A stretch of 64,000 nucleotides of DNA from an uncultured Cytophagia bacterium (GCA_964387285.1 CAYLWO010000009.1:31756-95755), one strand, 5' to 3'. Shown: positions 49,710 through 59,709, numbered from the stretch's first letter. The notes: generated by a model from the letters alone, not told the origin. Translations and numbers: made by a program.

Positions 49710-51110
49710 ATGATGCAAACAACTCTAAAAATAGCGAGACCCCATCCTTTTTTATTCGGACTGGTTGGTCTGTTTATTCTACTGTCGTTCCAGTCCGTGT
49801 TTGGACAAGGCTCCATTGGCGGAGTCGCGTGGCTTGATCAAAATCGCAACGGGTTGCGAGAAAACAGTGAAAGGGGTTTTTCCGGCATCAAGGTGGAGCT
49901 GATGAAAAAAGTTACTGCGTCCACTTTTGCAAAAGCAGGCGAGTATGAAACCGAGTCCAACGGCAGGTATATATTCATCGTTCAGGCCGGCGAATACTTT
50001 CTGCAATTCGCGCAGCCGGACGGTTACAATTTTTGCTCGCCCAAAGTCGGCTTGATTGATGAATACAATTCCGATGTCGATATTCAAACCGGGCAAACCG
50101 CTGTTTTCAAACTGGAAAATACACAGAACAAAAATTATCTGGACGCGGGCTATATTCAAAGCGGCGGCGCCGATGTCATGATCAGCAAGACGGTGTTGCG
50201 CGATAAAGTGCTGATCGGTCATGAGTACAGTTACATTATCAAAGTAAAGAACAACGGTCCTGATCCGGCCATCAATGTAGCCATTCAAACCGGTTTATCG
50301 CCGGTTGTGCAATTGATAAAAACAGAGCCGGCTCCTGAAGACACGTCCGTGCGTCCCTTGCGCTGGTTTTTGCCAATCGTAGCGGTTGGAGAAAGTTATT
50401 CCATCGATATAACCGTGTTTTCCTTAAGCAGCGGCATGGACGACAGCCGGTGTTGTGTGAGCACAACCAGCAACGATCCGGATCCGAGCAACAACTGCGA
50501 TGATATGGCGATTACCGTTGACTTGCCGGTTGAACTGGTAAATTTTCATGCGCTCTCTGTGGCCGGAGGCGTCAAATTATTGTGGACCACGGCGTCAGAA
50601 ACAGAGAATGCCGGATTCATGCTCTTACGCAGTACGGCCTGGGACGGACCTTATGAACAAATCAACCAGGAGTTGATCAATGGCCAGGGCTCCACAGCGA
50701 TGCAACACGATTATGAATATCTGGATGACGACGTACAAATTGGCTCCACCTATTATTACAAATTGGCCGATCTGGATTATCAGGGTCGCATGGAATTTCA
50801 CGGTCCACTGCCGGTCACGGTTACAGAGCCCAGAACTTATCAACTACAGCAAAATTATCCGAATCCGTTCAATTCCGAAACCCGGATTCCGTTTGTGCTG
50901 CAGGAGAGCGGATCGGTTCGCCTGGAGATTTTTAATATCCTCGGACAAAAAGTGCGTGTCCTGATCGATGAGCAAATGACAGCCGGTGAGCATATCGCAG
51001 CCTGGGACGGCCTCAATGATCAGGGACTGGCTTTGACGACCGGCGTTTATTACTATGTGCTGTCAAGTCGGGAAGGACGCCAGACAAGAAAAATGCATCT
51101 GGTGCGTTAA
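49710..51110 (+). CDS. Secreted SdrD-B + DUF11 + PVEL-Ig + FlgD-type tail protein (paralogue of 47995)
   Basis: IGGVAWLDQNRNGLRE; SKTV...YIIKVKNNGPD; LPVELVNF; QNYPNPFN. Confidence 0.85.
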   Translation: MMQTTLKIARPHPFLFGLVGLFILLSFQSVFGQGSIGGVAWLDQNRNGLRENSERGFSGIKVELMKKVTASTFAKAGEYETESNGRYIFIVQAGEYFLQFAQPDGYNFCSPKVGLIDEYNSDVDIQTGQTAVFKLENTQNKNYLDAGYIQSGGADVMISKTVLRDKVLIGHEYSYIIKVKNNGPDPAINVAIQTGLSPVVQLIKTEPAPEDTSVRPLRWFLPIVAVGESYSIDITVFSLSSGMDDSRCCVSTTSNDPDPSNNCDDMAITVDLPVELVNFHALSVAGGVKLLWTTASETENAGFMLLRSTAWDGPYEQINQELINGQGSTAMQHDYEYLDDDVQIGSTYYYKLADLDYQGRMEFHGPLPVTVTEPRTYQLQQNYPNPFNSETRIPFVLQESGSVRLEIFNILGQKVRVLIDEQMTAGEHIAAWDGLNDQGLALTTGVYYYVLSSREGRQTRKMHLVR

Positions 51111-51120
51111 GCGCATAAAA

Positions 51121-51141
51121 AGGCCTGACATGGCCTTTTTT
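51121..51141 (+). terminator. Probable intrinsic terminator
   Basis: AGGCC-TGACAT-GGCCT followed by a T-run. Confidence 0.5.
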
Positions 51142-51204
51142 AAAAAACCAAATTTTAAAAATTAATAATTTACTAAATTTTTGTTGGCAATATTGGAGGT
51201 AATC

Positions 51205-53400
51205 ATGTTTCGCAGTAATTCGGCAGGGGCGCGAAGGGGGATTTACATTTCGATCATGGTCGTCATGGCCGCCGTATTGACGGCAAACGCCTGGGCCGGC
51301 GAATGGATATTTCCACGCACAGGCAGCAAAGCGCTCTTCCAAACCAATGGACCCAAAGCGGACATCGACAGCGGCGATTGGTGGACCAACGAGAACAACG
51401 GCATCGGCGCGCAACCCCATGTCTATGAACTGTATGTGCCGAATACTGTGGATTCACTGTTCATCATCCAACTGGAAATCTATGACCCGGAGTGCTATCT
51501 GACGCATCTGGACCTTGACCAAAAAAGCGGTGTGACCTGGGATGATGCCGTTTTCACCCTGTACAGCCCTCAAGGCGGCCGCCTAGTCAAACAACAAACT
51601 TTTGCGCCGCTGCCCGGCACTTCATGCGTTTGGGTTCCTTTTGCCGCTTTTACAGCCAAAGAGTATGGTTATGGCGTCTATCGCCTGCAGGTGAGCACTG
51701 AACAAGACGACAAAAATTCCTATGCTTTTAAAATCAACAATAACGATCCGGATGGCGTGCCGGGCTCAGGCGACGAGATTCACATGGCCGCCCTGCAGAC
51801 CGCTATCCATTATTTAGCCACGCATCTCGCCTCCATGAGTTTTTATGTTTCGCAGCATCAGCCCTTGCTGCTGGCAAATTTTGATGCCGATCGTGATTCC
51901 ACCTGGGCCTATTTCACTCCCCAGGGCGACTCTTTGCCGGGCACGCCTTCAGAAGACGGCATTTGGAACGATGGCACGAGGAATTTACCGCCGCCAGGAG
52001 GCGACTGGTTTCAAAATCCGGAGCCGGGTTGGTGGCAGGTCAAAACCTGGAAAAAATACGGCAATCAATTCACTTTTTATTGCGCCAGGCCCTTTCTCCT
52101 GGATACGACGCTGGCCTTCCCGCAGCTGCAAATCGACACAGATGACGGCATTTTGACCGCTGCAGCAGAGAAACAAATAACCTGGCAAATCAACGTGCAC
52201 AATCAGGGACAGGGTCCGGCTTTGGCCGTTACGGTGAGCGATACCCTGTCCCAGGAGATGAAACTCGTCCAGGCGTCTGCCGGCGCTGAGATTTCGGTAT
52301 TGGGGGATCAGACCGTTCTAACCTGGAATTTTGCCCGGTTGCAACCCGGAGAGATGATCCGTCTGTACGTCACAACACAGATCACCAATCCTAAAAAGCA
52401 TTTTATAGAAAATAAAGCAACCGCAAAATACACCGATGTCCTGTATACTGCTTATGATCAGGTGCAAGCACATGATCGCGATGTGCTGTACCTGCCCGGG
52501 CAAATCAGCGGTTGGATTTGGCGTGACCAGAATTATGACGGCAAGATGGCCGCCAGCGAGCCCGGATTGGCCAATATCATCATCACGCTGTTCAATAGCA
52601 AAAACGACACGGTCAGCGTTACCACCAGCGGTCAGAACGGCAGTTATCAATTTACCGGTTTAGGAGCCGAAGAGTATCATCTGCTCATCAACGAATCCAG
52701 TCTGCCGTTTAACATGAACCAAACCATCACCGAGCTGCCCGGGCCGTTGATGGTCACCGGAGCCGGCGAGCATTATGACAATATTAATTTCGGCTATGAA
52801 ATGGCCATGACGCCGGTAGAGATCACCACGTTCGATTATGAAGCGACTGGCGGTTCGATACACCTGTTCTGGATTACGGCCAGTGAAACCAACAATCTGG
52901 GTTTCAACATTCTGCGCAGCGACGCCGAGAATGGCGCCTATCGTGTTCTGAACAGTGATATCATTCCCGGCGCCGGCAATGTGGAGCAGCAACATCGCTA
53001 TGCCTTTGATGATCATACGGTTCAGTCGGGGCAAACCTATTACTACAAATTGGAGGATATGGATTTCCAGGGCAAGCGCAGCTATCATGGTCCCCTCATG
53101 GCCATAACGCCGCAATTGCCGGAAACCTACGGCCTGGAACAAAATTATCCCAATCCGTTCAACAGTGAAACGGTCATCACCTTTCATTTGAAACAAAGTG
53201 GATTCGTTGACGTATCTATTTACAACGTCCTGGGCCAGAAGGTGAGAACGCTGACGGCTCAGCAAATGAATGCCGGGACTTTTACACTGAAATGGGACGG
53301 CTGCAACGAACAGGGCGTGATGGGGCAAAGCGGCGTTTACCTGTATGTCTTGCAGACCCGGGATTTCAGAGAGGTCAAAAAAATGCAGTTGATCAAATAA
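51205..53400 (+). CDS. Secreted protein: unknown ~300-aa domain + DUF11 + SdrD-B + PVEL-Ig + FlgD-type tail
   Basis: GGAGG RBS; signal peptide; WQINVHNQGQGPA; ISGWIWRDQNYDG; PVEITTF; QNYPNPFN. Confidence 0.85.
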   Translation: MFRSNSAGARRGIYISIMVVMAAVLTANAWAGEWIFPRTGSKALFQTNGPKADIDSGDWWTNENNGIGAQPHVYELYVPNTVDSLFIIQLEIYDPECYLTHLDLDQKSGVTWDDAVFTLYSPQGGRLVKQQTFAPLPGTSCVWVPFAAFTAKEYGYGVYRLQVSTEQDDKNSYAFKINNNDPDGVPGSGDEIHMAALQTAIHYLATHLASMSFYVSQHQPLLLANFDADRDSTWAYFTPQGDSLPGTPSEDGIWNDGTRNLPPPGGDWFQNPEPGWWQVKTWKKYGNQFTFYCARPFLLDTTLAFPQLQIDTDDGILTAAAEKQITWQINVHNQGQGPALAVTVSDTLSQEMKLVQASAGAEISVLGDQTVLTWNFARLQPGEMIRLYVTTQITNPKKHFIENKATAKYTDVLYTAYDQVQAHDRDVLYLPGQISGWIWRDQNYDGKMAASEPGLANIIITLFNSKNDTVSVTTSGQNGSYQFTGLGAEEYHLLINESSLPFNMNQTITELPGPLMVTGAGEHYDNINFGYEMAMTPVEITTFDYEATGGSIHLFWITASETNNLGFNILRSDAENGAYRVLNSDIIPGAGNVEQQHRYAFDDHTVQSGQTYYYKLEDMDFQGKRSYHGPLMAITPQLPETYGLEQNYPNPFNSETVITFHLKQSGFVDVSIYNVLGQKVRTLTAQQMNAGTFTLKWDGCNEQGVMGQSGVYLYVLQTRDFREVKKMQLIK

Positions 53401-53414
53401 ACCGGAGCGTATTT

Positions 53415-54566
53415 ATGAAAACCCAAAATGGTTGGCGCATGCTTTTTTTGTGTTTGCTCTGGGTTCCGTTTTCACTCCTGGCGGATGAGTTTCATTTTCA
53501 AACAGTGGTGGTGCGCAATGACGGCGTGGTCAACGGTGAGTTCCATCTGAATTTGCAGGTGCGCATCGCTTCCGGCGCCTCTCCCAGAACCATGGGCGCT
53601 TTCACCAGCGATATTCACTATAGCAACGAGCTGGCCGAATCGACAACGGATCCCGCTGTCTGGTGGGCCTTTGGCACAGCCGACGGCTATCGTGTTCATG
53701 TTTCAAAATTGACCGGTTTTTATCGCGTCCTGGTGATCGATGAAAATATTAACAGCGCCGGTCATACGACTCCGCCCGGCCAGCCGGCCGGTTGGAATGT
53801 CACCAATGAATGGAAAACCGTGGTCACCTTGCGCTGGATTATAAAATCGGTAAGCAAGGTCAACATCCTTATCGAAGAACGCACCGATGCCGCCGCTTTT
53901 ATGGTAAATCTGAGCGACGCTCCCAACGGTTTGATGGAAAACTGGGATGTGCACAGTTTTAGCCTCGGTGAGATTTCTCTGCCGATCGAACTGGCCTTTT
54001 TCAGCGCCTCGGTCGTCAACAAACAGGTGTTGTTGAAATGGGGCACCAACAGCGAAAGCAATAATTACGGTTTTCAGGTCTATCGTTCAGCCGATGCAGA
54101 CGGACCCTACCAATTATTGTCGCAAGAGATCATTCAGGGCGCCGTCAACAGCACCGAGCACCGTGAATACAGCTATCTGGATGAGCAGGTTGAAGCGAAC
54201 AAGACCTATTACTACAAACTTGCGGACCTGGATCGGGAGGGCGGCGTTCGTTTTCACGGCCCGGTTTGCATCAGGACCGCAGGTCCCACGGCCTATAGTC
54301 TGGAACAAAACTATCCCAATCCGTTTAACGGAGAAACCCGCATCAATTTCAGCATGAAAGAAGCGGGCGTTGTTGAACTGCAGGTGCTGAATTTGCAGGG
54401 ACAACACGTGCGCACACTGCTGCAGCGCACCATGGAGCCCGGCAATCATTTTGCCGTATGGAACGGCCGAGACGATAACGGCAAATTTATGTCCAGCGGC
54501 ATTTACCTGTATCAAATCCGCGCCAACGATTTTCATCAGGTGCACAAAATGCACTATTTGAAATAA
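53415..54566 (+). CDS. Secreted protein: cohesin-like beta-sandwich + PVEL-Ig + FlgD-type tail
   Basis: Signal peptide; EFHLNLQVR...MGAFTSDIHYS; LPIELAFF; QNYPNPFN. Confidence 0.75.
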   Translation: MKTQNGWRMLFLCLLWVPFSLLADEFHFQTVVVRNDGVVNGEFHLNLQVRIASGASPRTMGAFTSDIHYSNELAESTTDPAVWWAFGTADGYRVHVSKLTGFYRVLVIDENINSAGHTTPPGQPAGWNVTNEWKTVVTLRWIIKSVSKVNILIEERTDAAAFMVNLSDAPNGLMENWDVHSFSLGEISLPIELAFFSASVVNKQVLLKWGTNSESNNYGFQVYRSADADGPYQLLSQEIIQGAVNSTEHREYSYLDEQVEANKTYYYKLADLDREGGVRFHGPVCIRTAGPTAYSLEQNYPNPFNGETRINFSMKEAGVVELQVLNLQGQHVRTLLQRTMEPGNHFAVWNGRDDNGKFMSSGIYLYQIRANDFHQVHKMHYLK

Positions 54567-54586
54567 AACAAATTCAAAGACAGCCG

Positions 54587-54615
54587 GCCGACAGAATTCT
54601 GTCGGCTTTTTTTTT
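54587..54615 (+). terminator. Intrinsic terminator
   Basis: GCCGACAGA-AT-TCTGTCGGC followed by a run of T. Confidence 0.85.
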
Positions 54616-54747
54616 GCGTGCAGACCACATAGTACGGCTGCCAAAAGATCCAGAATAACAAAATAATCGTTGCTATTGTTCTTTGATATGTTAAATTAAA
54701 CGAATTATGCCCTAAAAAATTTGACACGCTTCAAAAAGGAGAAGACA

Positions 54748-56193
54748 ATGGGAATCATACTCAGCGACGGCCGCGAAATACCCATGGAAATGCACAAGGT
54801 CAAGATCGTGCAAAAAACCAACCTGATCCCTGCTCGAGAACGCCTCGATGCCATGGCGAATGCCGGTTACAACACTTTTCTGTTGCGCACCAGAGATATT
54901 TTTCTGGACATGTTGACCGACAGCGGCACCAATGCCATGAGCGACAACCAACTGGCAGCCATGATGGTCGCAGACGATGCCTATGCCGGGTCGGAATCCT
55001 ATTATAAACTGTGCAAGTCCGTTAAAGAGATTTTTGGCTACGAGTACGTTCTCCCCACCCATCAGGGTCGCGCTGCCGAACATTTGATCTCCAAAGTGCT
55101 GGTGAAACCGGGCGATGTGATTCCCATGAACTATCACTTTACCACCACGCGCGCTCATTTCGAAATTCTGGGCGGCACGGTGCTGGAACTGTACCATGAT
55201 ATGGCGTTGCAAACCAGCAGCGATGTTCCCTTTAAGGGCAACCTGGATGTGGAAAAATTAAAAGCGGTTATCCAGCAATATGGCGCTGATAAAGTGGCCT
55301 TTATCCGCATGGAAGCAACCACCAATCTCATTGGCGGTCAGCCCTTCTCCCTGACAAACCTCAAAGAGGTGAAAAAAATCGCCAAACAACACGACATCCC
55401 GCTTGTGCTCGATGCCAGCCTGATCTCGGAAAACGCCTATCTGATCAAACAACGGGAAAAAGAGTACCGGTCCGCTTCCATCAAAGACATCATCCAGGAG
55501 ATGATGGCGTTGTCGGATTTAATGTACCTGTCGGGTCGTAAAAGCTGCGCCGTGCGCGGCGGCATGCTGGCGACCAACAATAAAAAGTACTTTGATCAGT
55601 TGTTGCCCTGGCTGCCGGTCTATGAAGGCTTTATGACCTACGGCGGCATGTCGACCAAGGAAATCGAAGCCATGGCTGTCGGCATTCAGGAAATGGTCGA
55701 TGACAGCGTGGCCGGCGCGTCTGTGGAATTTATAAAGTATTTTGTCAATGAATTGGACAAAAAAGGCGTGCCCGTGGTTACTCCTCCGGGCGGATTGGCC
55801 TGTCATGTGGATGCTAAAAAATTTGTCCCGCACATTCCGCAACAACAATATCCGGCCGGCGCACTCTCTGCCGCGATCTATATCGCTGCCGGCGTGCGCA
55901 GCATGGAACGCGGCACCATTTCTACGGACCGCGACAAGGACGGCAACGAGGTTATGGCCGATGTGGAACTGTCGCGACTGGCTGTGCCGCGCCGCATCTA
56001 TACGCTTTCGCAAATCGAATATGTAATCGACCGCGTGTCCTGGTTGTACAAGCACCGCGAATTGATCAAAGGTTTGGTCTTTGTGGAAGAGCCGCCGGTG
56101 TTGCGCTTTTTCTTCGGCAAAATGAACGCATTGGATAACTGGGGTAAAAACCTGGTCAAGGCGTTTGAAGCTGATTTCGGCAAAGAGTGCTGA
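54748..56193 (+). CDS. Tryptophanase/tyrosine phenol-lyase family beta-eliminating lyase (PLP)
   Basis: DMLTDSGT, DAYAGS, PTHQGRAAE, SGRK (PLP Lys), PPGG, RLAVPRR, LRFF; AAGGAG RBS. Confidence 0.9.
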   Translation: MGIILSDGREIPMEMHKVKIVQKTNLIPARERLDAMANAGYNTFLLRTRDIFLDMLTDSGTNAMSDNQLAAMMVADDAYAGSESYYKLCKSVKEIFGYEYVLPTHQGRAAEHLISKVLVKPGDVIPMNYHFTTTRAHFEILGGTVLELYHDMALQTSSDVPFKGNLDVEKLKAVIQQYGADKVAFIRMEATTNLIGGQPFSLTNLKEVKKIAKQHDIPLVLDASLISENAYLIKQREKEYRSASIKDIIQEMMALSDLMYLSGRKSCAVRGGMLATNNKKYFDQLLPWLPVYEGFMTYGGMSTKEIEAMAVGIQEMVDDSVAGASVEFIKYFVNELDKKGVPVVTPPGGLACHVDAKKFVPHIPQQQYPAGALSAAIYIAAGVRSMERGTISTDRDKDGNEVMADVELSRLAVPRRIYTLSQIEYVIDRVSWLYKHRELIKGLVFVEEPPVLRFFFGKMNALDNWGKNLVKAFEADFGKEC

Positions 56194-56260
56194 CCTCGCT
56201 CGGACTTGCACCGGGGCTGATTTCGTTAACGCCCCGGTTATTCTTACCTGAATTGAGCAA

Positions 56261-56326
56261 TTGCATTACCCTTGCGAAGGTTTCCAACCTTCGCAAGGTT
56301 GTTTTTCGAGCATATATCGCTTAATT
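56261..56326 (-). repeat. 68-bp dispersed palindromic element, copy C (reverse), plus half-site at 56340-56356
   Basis: Reverse complement AATTAAGCGATATATGCTCGAAAAACAACCTTGCGAAGGTTGGAAACCTTCGCAAGGGTAATGCAA. Confidence 0.9.
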
Positions 56327-56544
56327 TAGGTCTTACCTAAAAACCTTCACAAGGATGCTGCAAACACTCAGTTCAGACTATTATATCCTCTGCGTGCTTC
56401 GCCCTCAGCGGTTAAATGCGCCGACAACCCACCGACGCGATGCGTGTCGTTAATGATTCACAGCAAAAAATCCTTTGACGAGAAAATAAAACTGGCTATT
56501 TTTCAGGGTGCCTCTGAAAACCGTTATAAAAAATGGGACCAGAT

Positions 56545-59500
56545 ATGAAGCTTCTCGCCCGCATCCCGATTCTCCTCCTGCCTTTGTTTGTTTTTTGCAC
56601 CAGTTCAAAATTAACCCTGAAGCAATCGGCTCCGAAACAGGAATTGCGCGGTGTTTGGGTTACCCGTTTTGATTGGGTGCGCCCAAGCCCGGCAGAAATG
56701 GAAAATCGCATCACCGCCATCATTGACCAGGCCCGGCAGACCGGTATTAACGCACTTTTTTTCCAGGTGCGCGGTCAGGCCGAAACGCTCTATCCCTCTC
56801 CTCTTGAACCCTGGGCAGAAATGCTGCCCTCCGCAGACCCTGGCTTTGATCCATTACAACTGGCTATTGAAAAAGCACACAGTGCCGGCCTGCAATTTCA
56901 TGCCTATGTAAACCTGTTGCCGTTATGGAACCGCGCAGAACCGCCCAAAAATCCACACCATCTGTTTTATCGACACGGCCCGCTGGTCGGCATTGATTCC
57001 TCCTGGGTCTGTTTCGGTCCGGACCAAAAACCCATGGCTCTTGAAGAATACTACTATCTTAATCCGGCTCTGCCCCAGGTTAAGGAATATTTGAAAAAAG
57101 TTATCAGCCATTTGACCGGCGGCTATGATATCGACGGCCTGCATTTTGACCGAATCCGCTATCCTGCTGCGGACAAACTGTATGATCCCTATTCCGTCGC
57201 CCGATTTCTCAGCGACAGTTTACAGCGCCCGGTGAATCGGCCGGATTGGGCGCGCAGCCAACTGACCAGTTTGGTGGAAACGGTCGTGACTGAAGCGCTG
57301 CTCATTAAACCCTTTCTGCAAATTTCCTGCGCAGCCTGGGGAATGTATAAAACCCGCGATTTCCCCGGTTATGAGTCCTTTGCCGGCGGTTATGATGCCT
57401 ATTATCAGGATTCGGTGCACTGGCTGGAACGAGGCATCATGGATTTCATCGTACCCATGATCTATTGGGATATGTCCGAGCCCAAGCCCAATCTCCATGA
57501 GGTGTGGTTGGATTTCAAACGGCGCACGCCGCTCTATCGTAATATCATCCCGGGTCTGAACACACGGAAAGAGTGGTTCACGCGCGGCGAGGTGACGAAG
57601 CAAATCAATTTTTTGCGCAACAACGACGCAACAGGCCATGTGCTCTTTTCCTGGTCAGGCCTGGAGCGCGGTACGGATCTGACAGATTTCCATACTAAAA
57701 ATTATTCCTCTTTAACAACACTGCCGGCCTGTCTGGACCGACACCGTGACCGTACGGTCCTGGCGTTAAAAACAGATTCACTCCAGGCAACCGAGTCGCT
57801 GCAAACCTGCACGGCAAACGGCTGTGACACCATTCAACAAAAACCTGATGCGCAGGGTTGGCGAAACTATGTTTTTTCCAGCTCGATCGATTCATTTCGT
57901 TTGGGCGCACTCGCATTCAAATTGTCTGAGTACAAACCGCCCTATCGATTCAGCGTCTGTCCCACAGGTCTTGAGCGTATTTCTCCCTGGCTGGAATTTC
58001 GCGAATTTCCTGCTGATACGGTCGAACGTCCGATCTTTCACCTCCTGGCCAAAACCGATGCCGCTAACCGCGCCTTCATTGACAACGATTCATGTCATGT
58101 TTATAAAACCGGCGTTTATTTCAAAAAGCTGCAATTTCAGCCTGGTTGGAATCGGTATCACAGTCGCATATGTTCACCAGATTCATCCTGGTCTGCTTAT
58201 GGCCGCAAGGTGTTTGTTAAACCGCCGAAACCGCGCAGCAGCCTGCCGTTATGGATAGACGAGGCTTCATCGGAACCCAAAGAAGATTTGTGGCTGACCA
58301 ACAAGGATCATGTCGTTTTTCGCTGCAAGGGTTCCAAGGGTCAAGAGGCATGGGTCACGGTACAACCCGGCATACAAAAATGGCAAATGTCGCGTACCGA
58401 TCGGGACGACTATGCCGTTTATGAAACAGAGATCGCGTTATCCCGTTTGAAACCCGACGCTGTCTATCGTTTCGGTTTTCTGTTGAAAAATCCGCAACAG
58501 AAAAACACCAACTTGTTGACAAAATTACCAGGGACTTGTAAAATCGATGAACCATCGGCATTCCCTCGGCTGCAAGTTAAAAAAGACAAGGCGGCCCTGA
58601 GTTATAATCTTGGTCCCATCCGTTTGGGCGGACCGTTGCTGGCGGAATATCCGCCCGGCGTTGTCTTGCAGAGCAATGGCCGCTTCGGACGCTATTATCG
58701 CATTCATCTGAATGATCGGCAAGAGGGCTATATATCGGAAGAGGATGTAGAGATCATTTCGAATGTTGCGCCGGCGCCTTTTTATTACCTCACTTCACTG
58801 AGCGCGGCAACGCAACCGGGGTGCGATCTGGTTAGCATTCCTTATCGACAACCGGTGGCCTGGGCGGTTTTTCCGGAACCGGAGCAATCGCGTATTCGCA
58901 TCGCTTTGTACGGAGTCAAGACCTCCAGCACCTGGATCACGCACTATCATAATTTGAAAATGGTTGATCATCTGGAATGGCGACAGAGCGATGCCGAGAC
59001 CTATGAGGTGCTGGTATATTTGCAGAGCAAAAAAATATGGGGCTATACATTAACGCCGCGTACGGGTTATTTGGAACTGAAATTGCCGCATCCACCGGCC
59101 CTGATGGTCAAAAATGATACCTTACAGGTGAACGGTCTGGTGGTAGCCATAGAGGCCGGCCATGGCGGCAGCAGCACCGGCGCCGTGGGCTTGTCAGGTC
59201 TGGAAGAAAAATCTCTAAACCTGAAAGTAGCTCAGTTATTGGAAAAAATGTGCATGGCGCGCGGAATTAAAGTAGTACAAATCCGCAAAGAAGATTTCGA
59301 TATGAGTTTGGAGGCCAAGCGCTCTGCCATCGAGCAATCAGATGCGCACCTGGCCGTATCCATTCATGCCAATGCCGGCGGTACGGCCAACGGTTATCTG
59401 GGTGCATCCGGTACGAGTGTATATCATCACAATCCTTTTTGGCGCGATTTTGCCGATCTGATTTATGACCGATTGCTCGAATTGCCCTTGAAAGAATTCG

Positions 59501-59697
59501 GCCGCGTCGGGAGTTTTAATTATCGCGTCACGCGGATGAGCTCGCGCCCGGCGATCCTGGTTGAACAGGCGTTCCTCAGTCATGCGTTGGACGAAGAAAA
59601 ACTGGCTGATCCGTTATTTCAGCGACAAATGGCTGAAAAAATTCTGCAGGGCATTCTCGATTTTGTCTCATTTCAGTTTGATAAACCGGTATTATAA
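56545..59697 (+). CDS. GHL10 (YddW/DigH-like) glycosidase fused to N-acetylmuramoyl-L-alanine amidase (Amidase_3)
   Basis: ELRGVWV, FFQVRG, FDPLQLAIEKAH, LNPALP, DIDGLHFD; EAGHGG, EEKSLNL, SIHANA, ILVEQAF. Confidence 0.88.
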   Translation: MKLLARIPILLLPLFVFCTSSKLTLKQSAPKQELRGVWVTRFDWVRPSPAEMENRITAIIDQARQTGINALFFQVRGQAETLYPSPLEPWAEMLPSADPGFDPLQLAIEKAHSAGLQFHAYVNLLPLWNRAEPPKNPHHLFYRHGPLVGIDSSWVCFGPDQKPMALEEYYYLNPALPQVKEYLKKVISHLTGGYDIDGLHFDRIRYPAADKLYDPYSVARFLSDSLQRPVNRPDWARSQLTSLVETVVTEALLIKPFLQISCAAWGMYKTRDFPGYESFAGGYDAYYQDSVHWLERGIMDFIVPMIYWDMSEPKPNLHEVWLDFKRRTPLYRNIIPGLNTRKEWFTRGEVTKQINFLRNNDATGHVLFSWSGLERGTDLTDFHTKNYSSLTTLPACLDRHRDRTVLALKTDSLQATESLQTCTANGCDTIQQKPDAQGWRNYVFSSSIDSFRLGALAFKLSEYKPPYRFSVCPTGLERISPWLEFREFPADTVERPIFHLLAKTDAANRAFIDNDSCHVYKTGVYFKKLQFQPGWNRYHSRICSPDSSWSAYGRKVFVKPPKPRSSLPLWIDEASSEPKEDLWLTNKDHVVFRCKGSKGQEAWVTVQPGIQKWQMSRTDRDDYAVYETEIALSRLKPDAVYRFGFLLKNPQQKNTNLLTKLPGTCKIDEPSAFPRLQVKKDKAALSYNLGPIRLGGPLLAEYPPGVVLQSNGRFGRYYRIHLNDRQEGYISEEDVEIISNVAPAPFYYLTSLSAATQPGCDLVSIPYRQPVAWAVFPEPEQSRIRIALYGVKTSSTWITHYHNLKMVDHLEWRQSDAETYEVLVYLQSKKIWGYTLTPRTGYLELKLPHPPALMVKNDTLQVNGLVVAIEAGHGGSSTGAVGLSGLEEKSLNLKVAQLLEKMCMARGIKVVQIRKEDFDMSLEAKRSAIEQSDAHLAVSIHANAGGTANGYLGASGTSVYHHNPFWRDFADLIYDRLLELPLKEFGRVGSFNYRVTRMSSRPAILVEQAFLSHALDEEKLADPLFQRQMAEKILQGILDFVSFQFDKPVL

Positions 59698-59709
59698 AGG
59701 AGGGGCATT

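Noticed and set aside
54616-54747. tnaC-type leader peptide or riboswitch before the lyase
   Set aside because: No short Trp-containing ORF or recognisable aptamer
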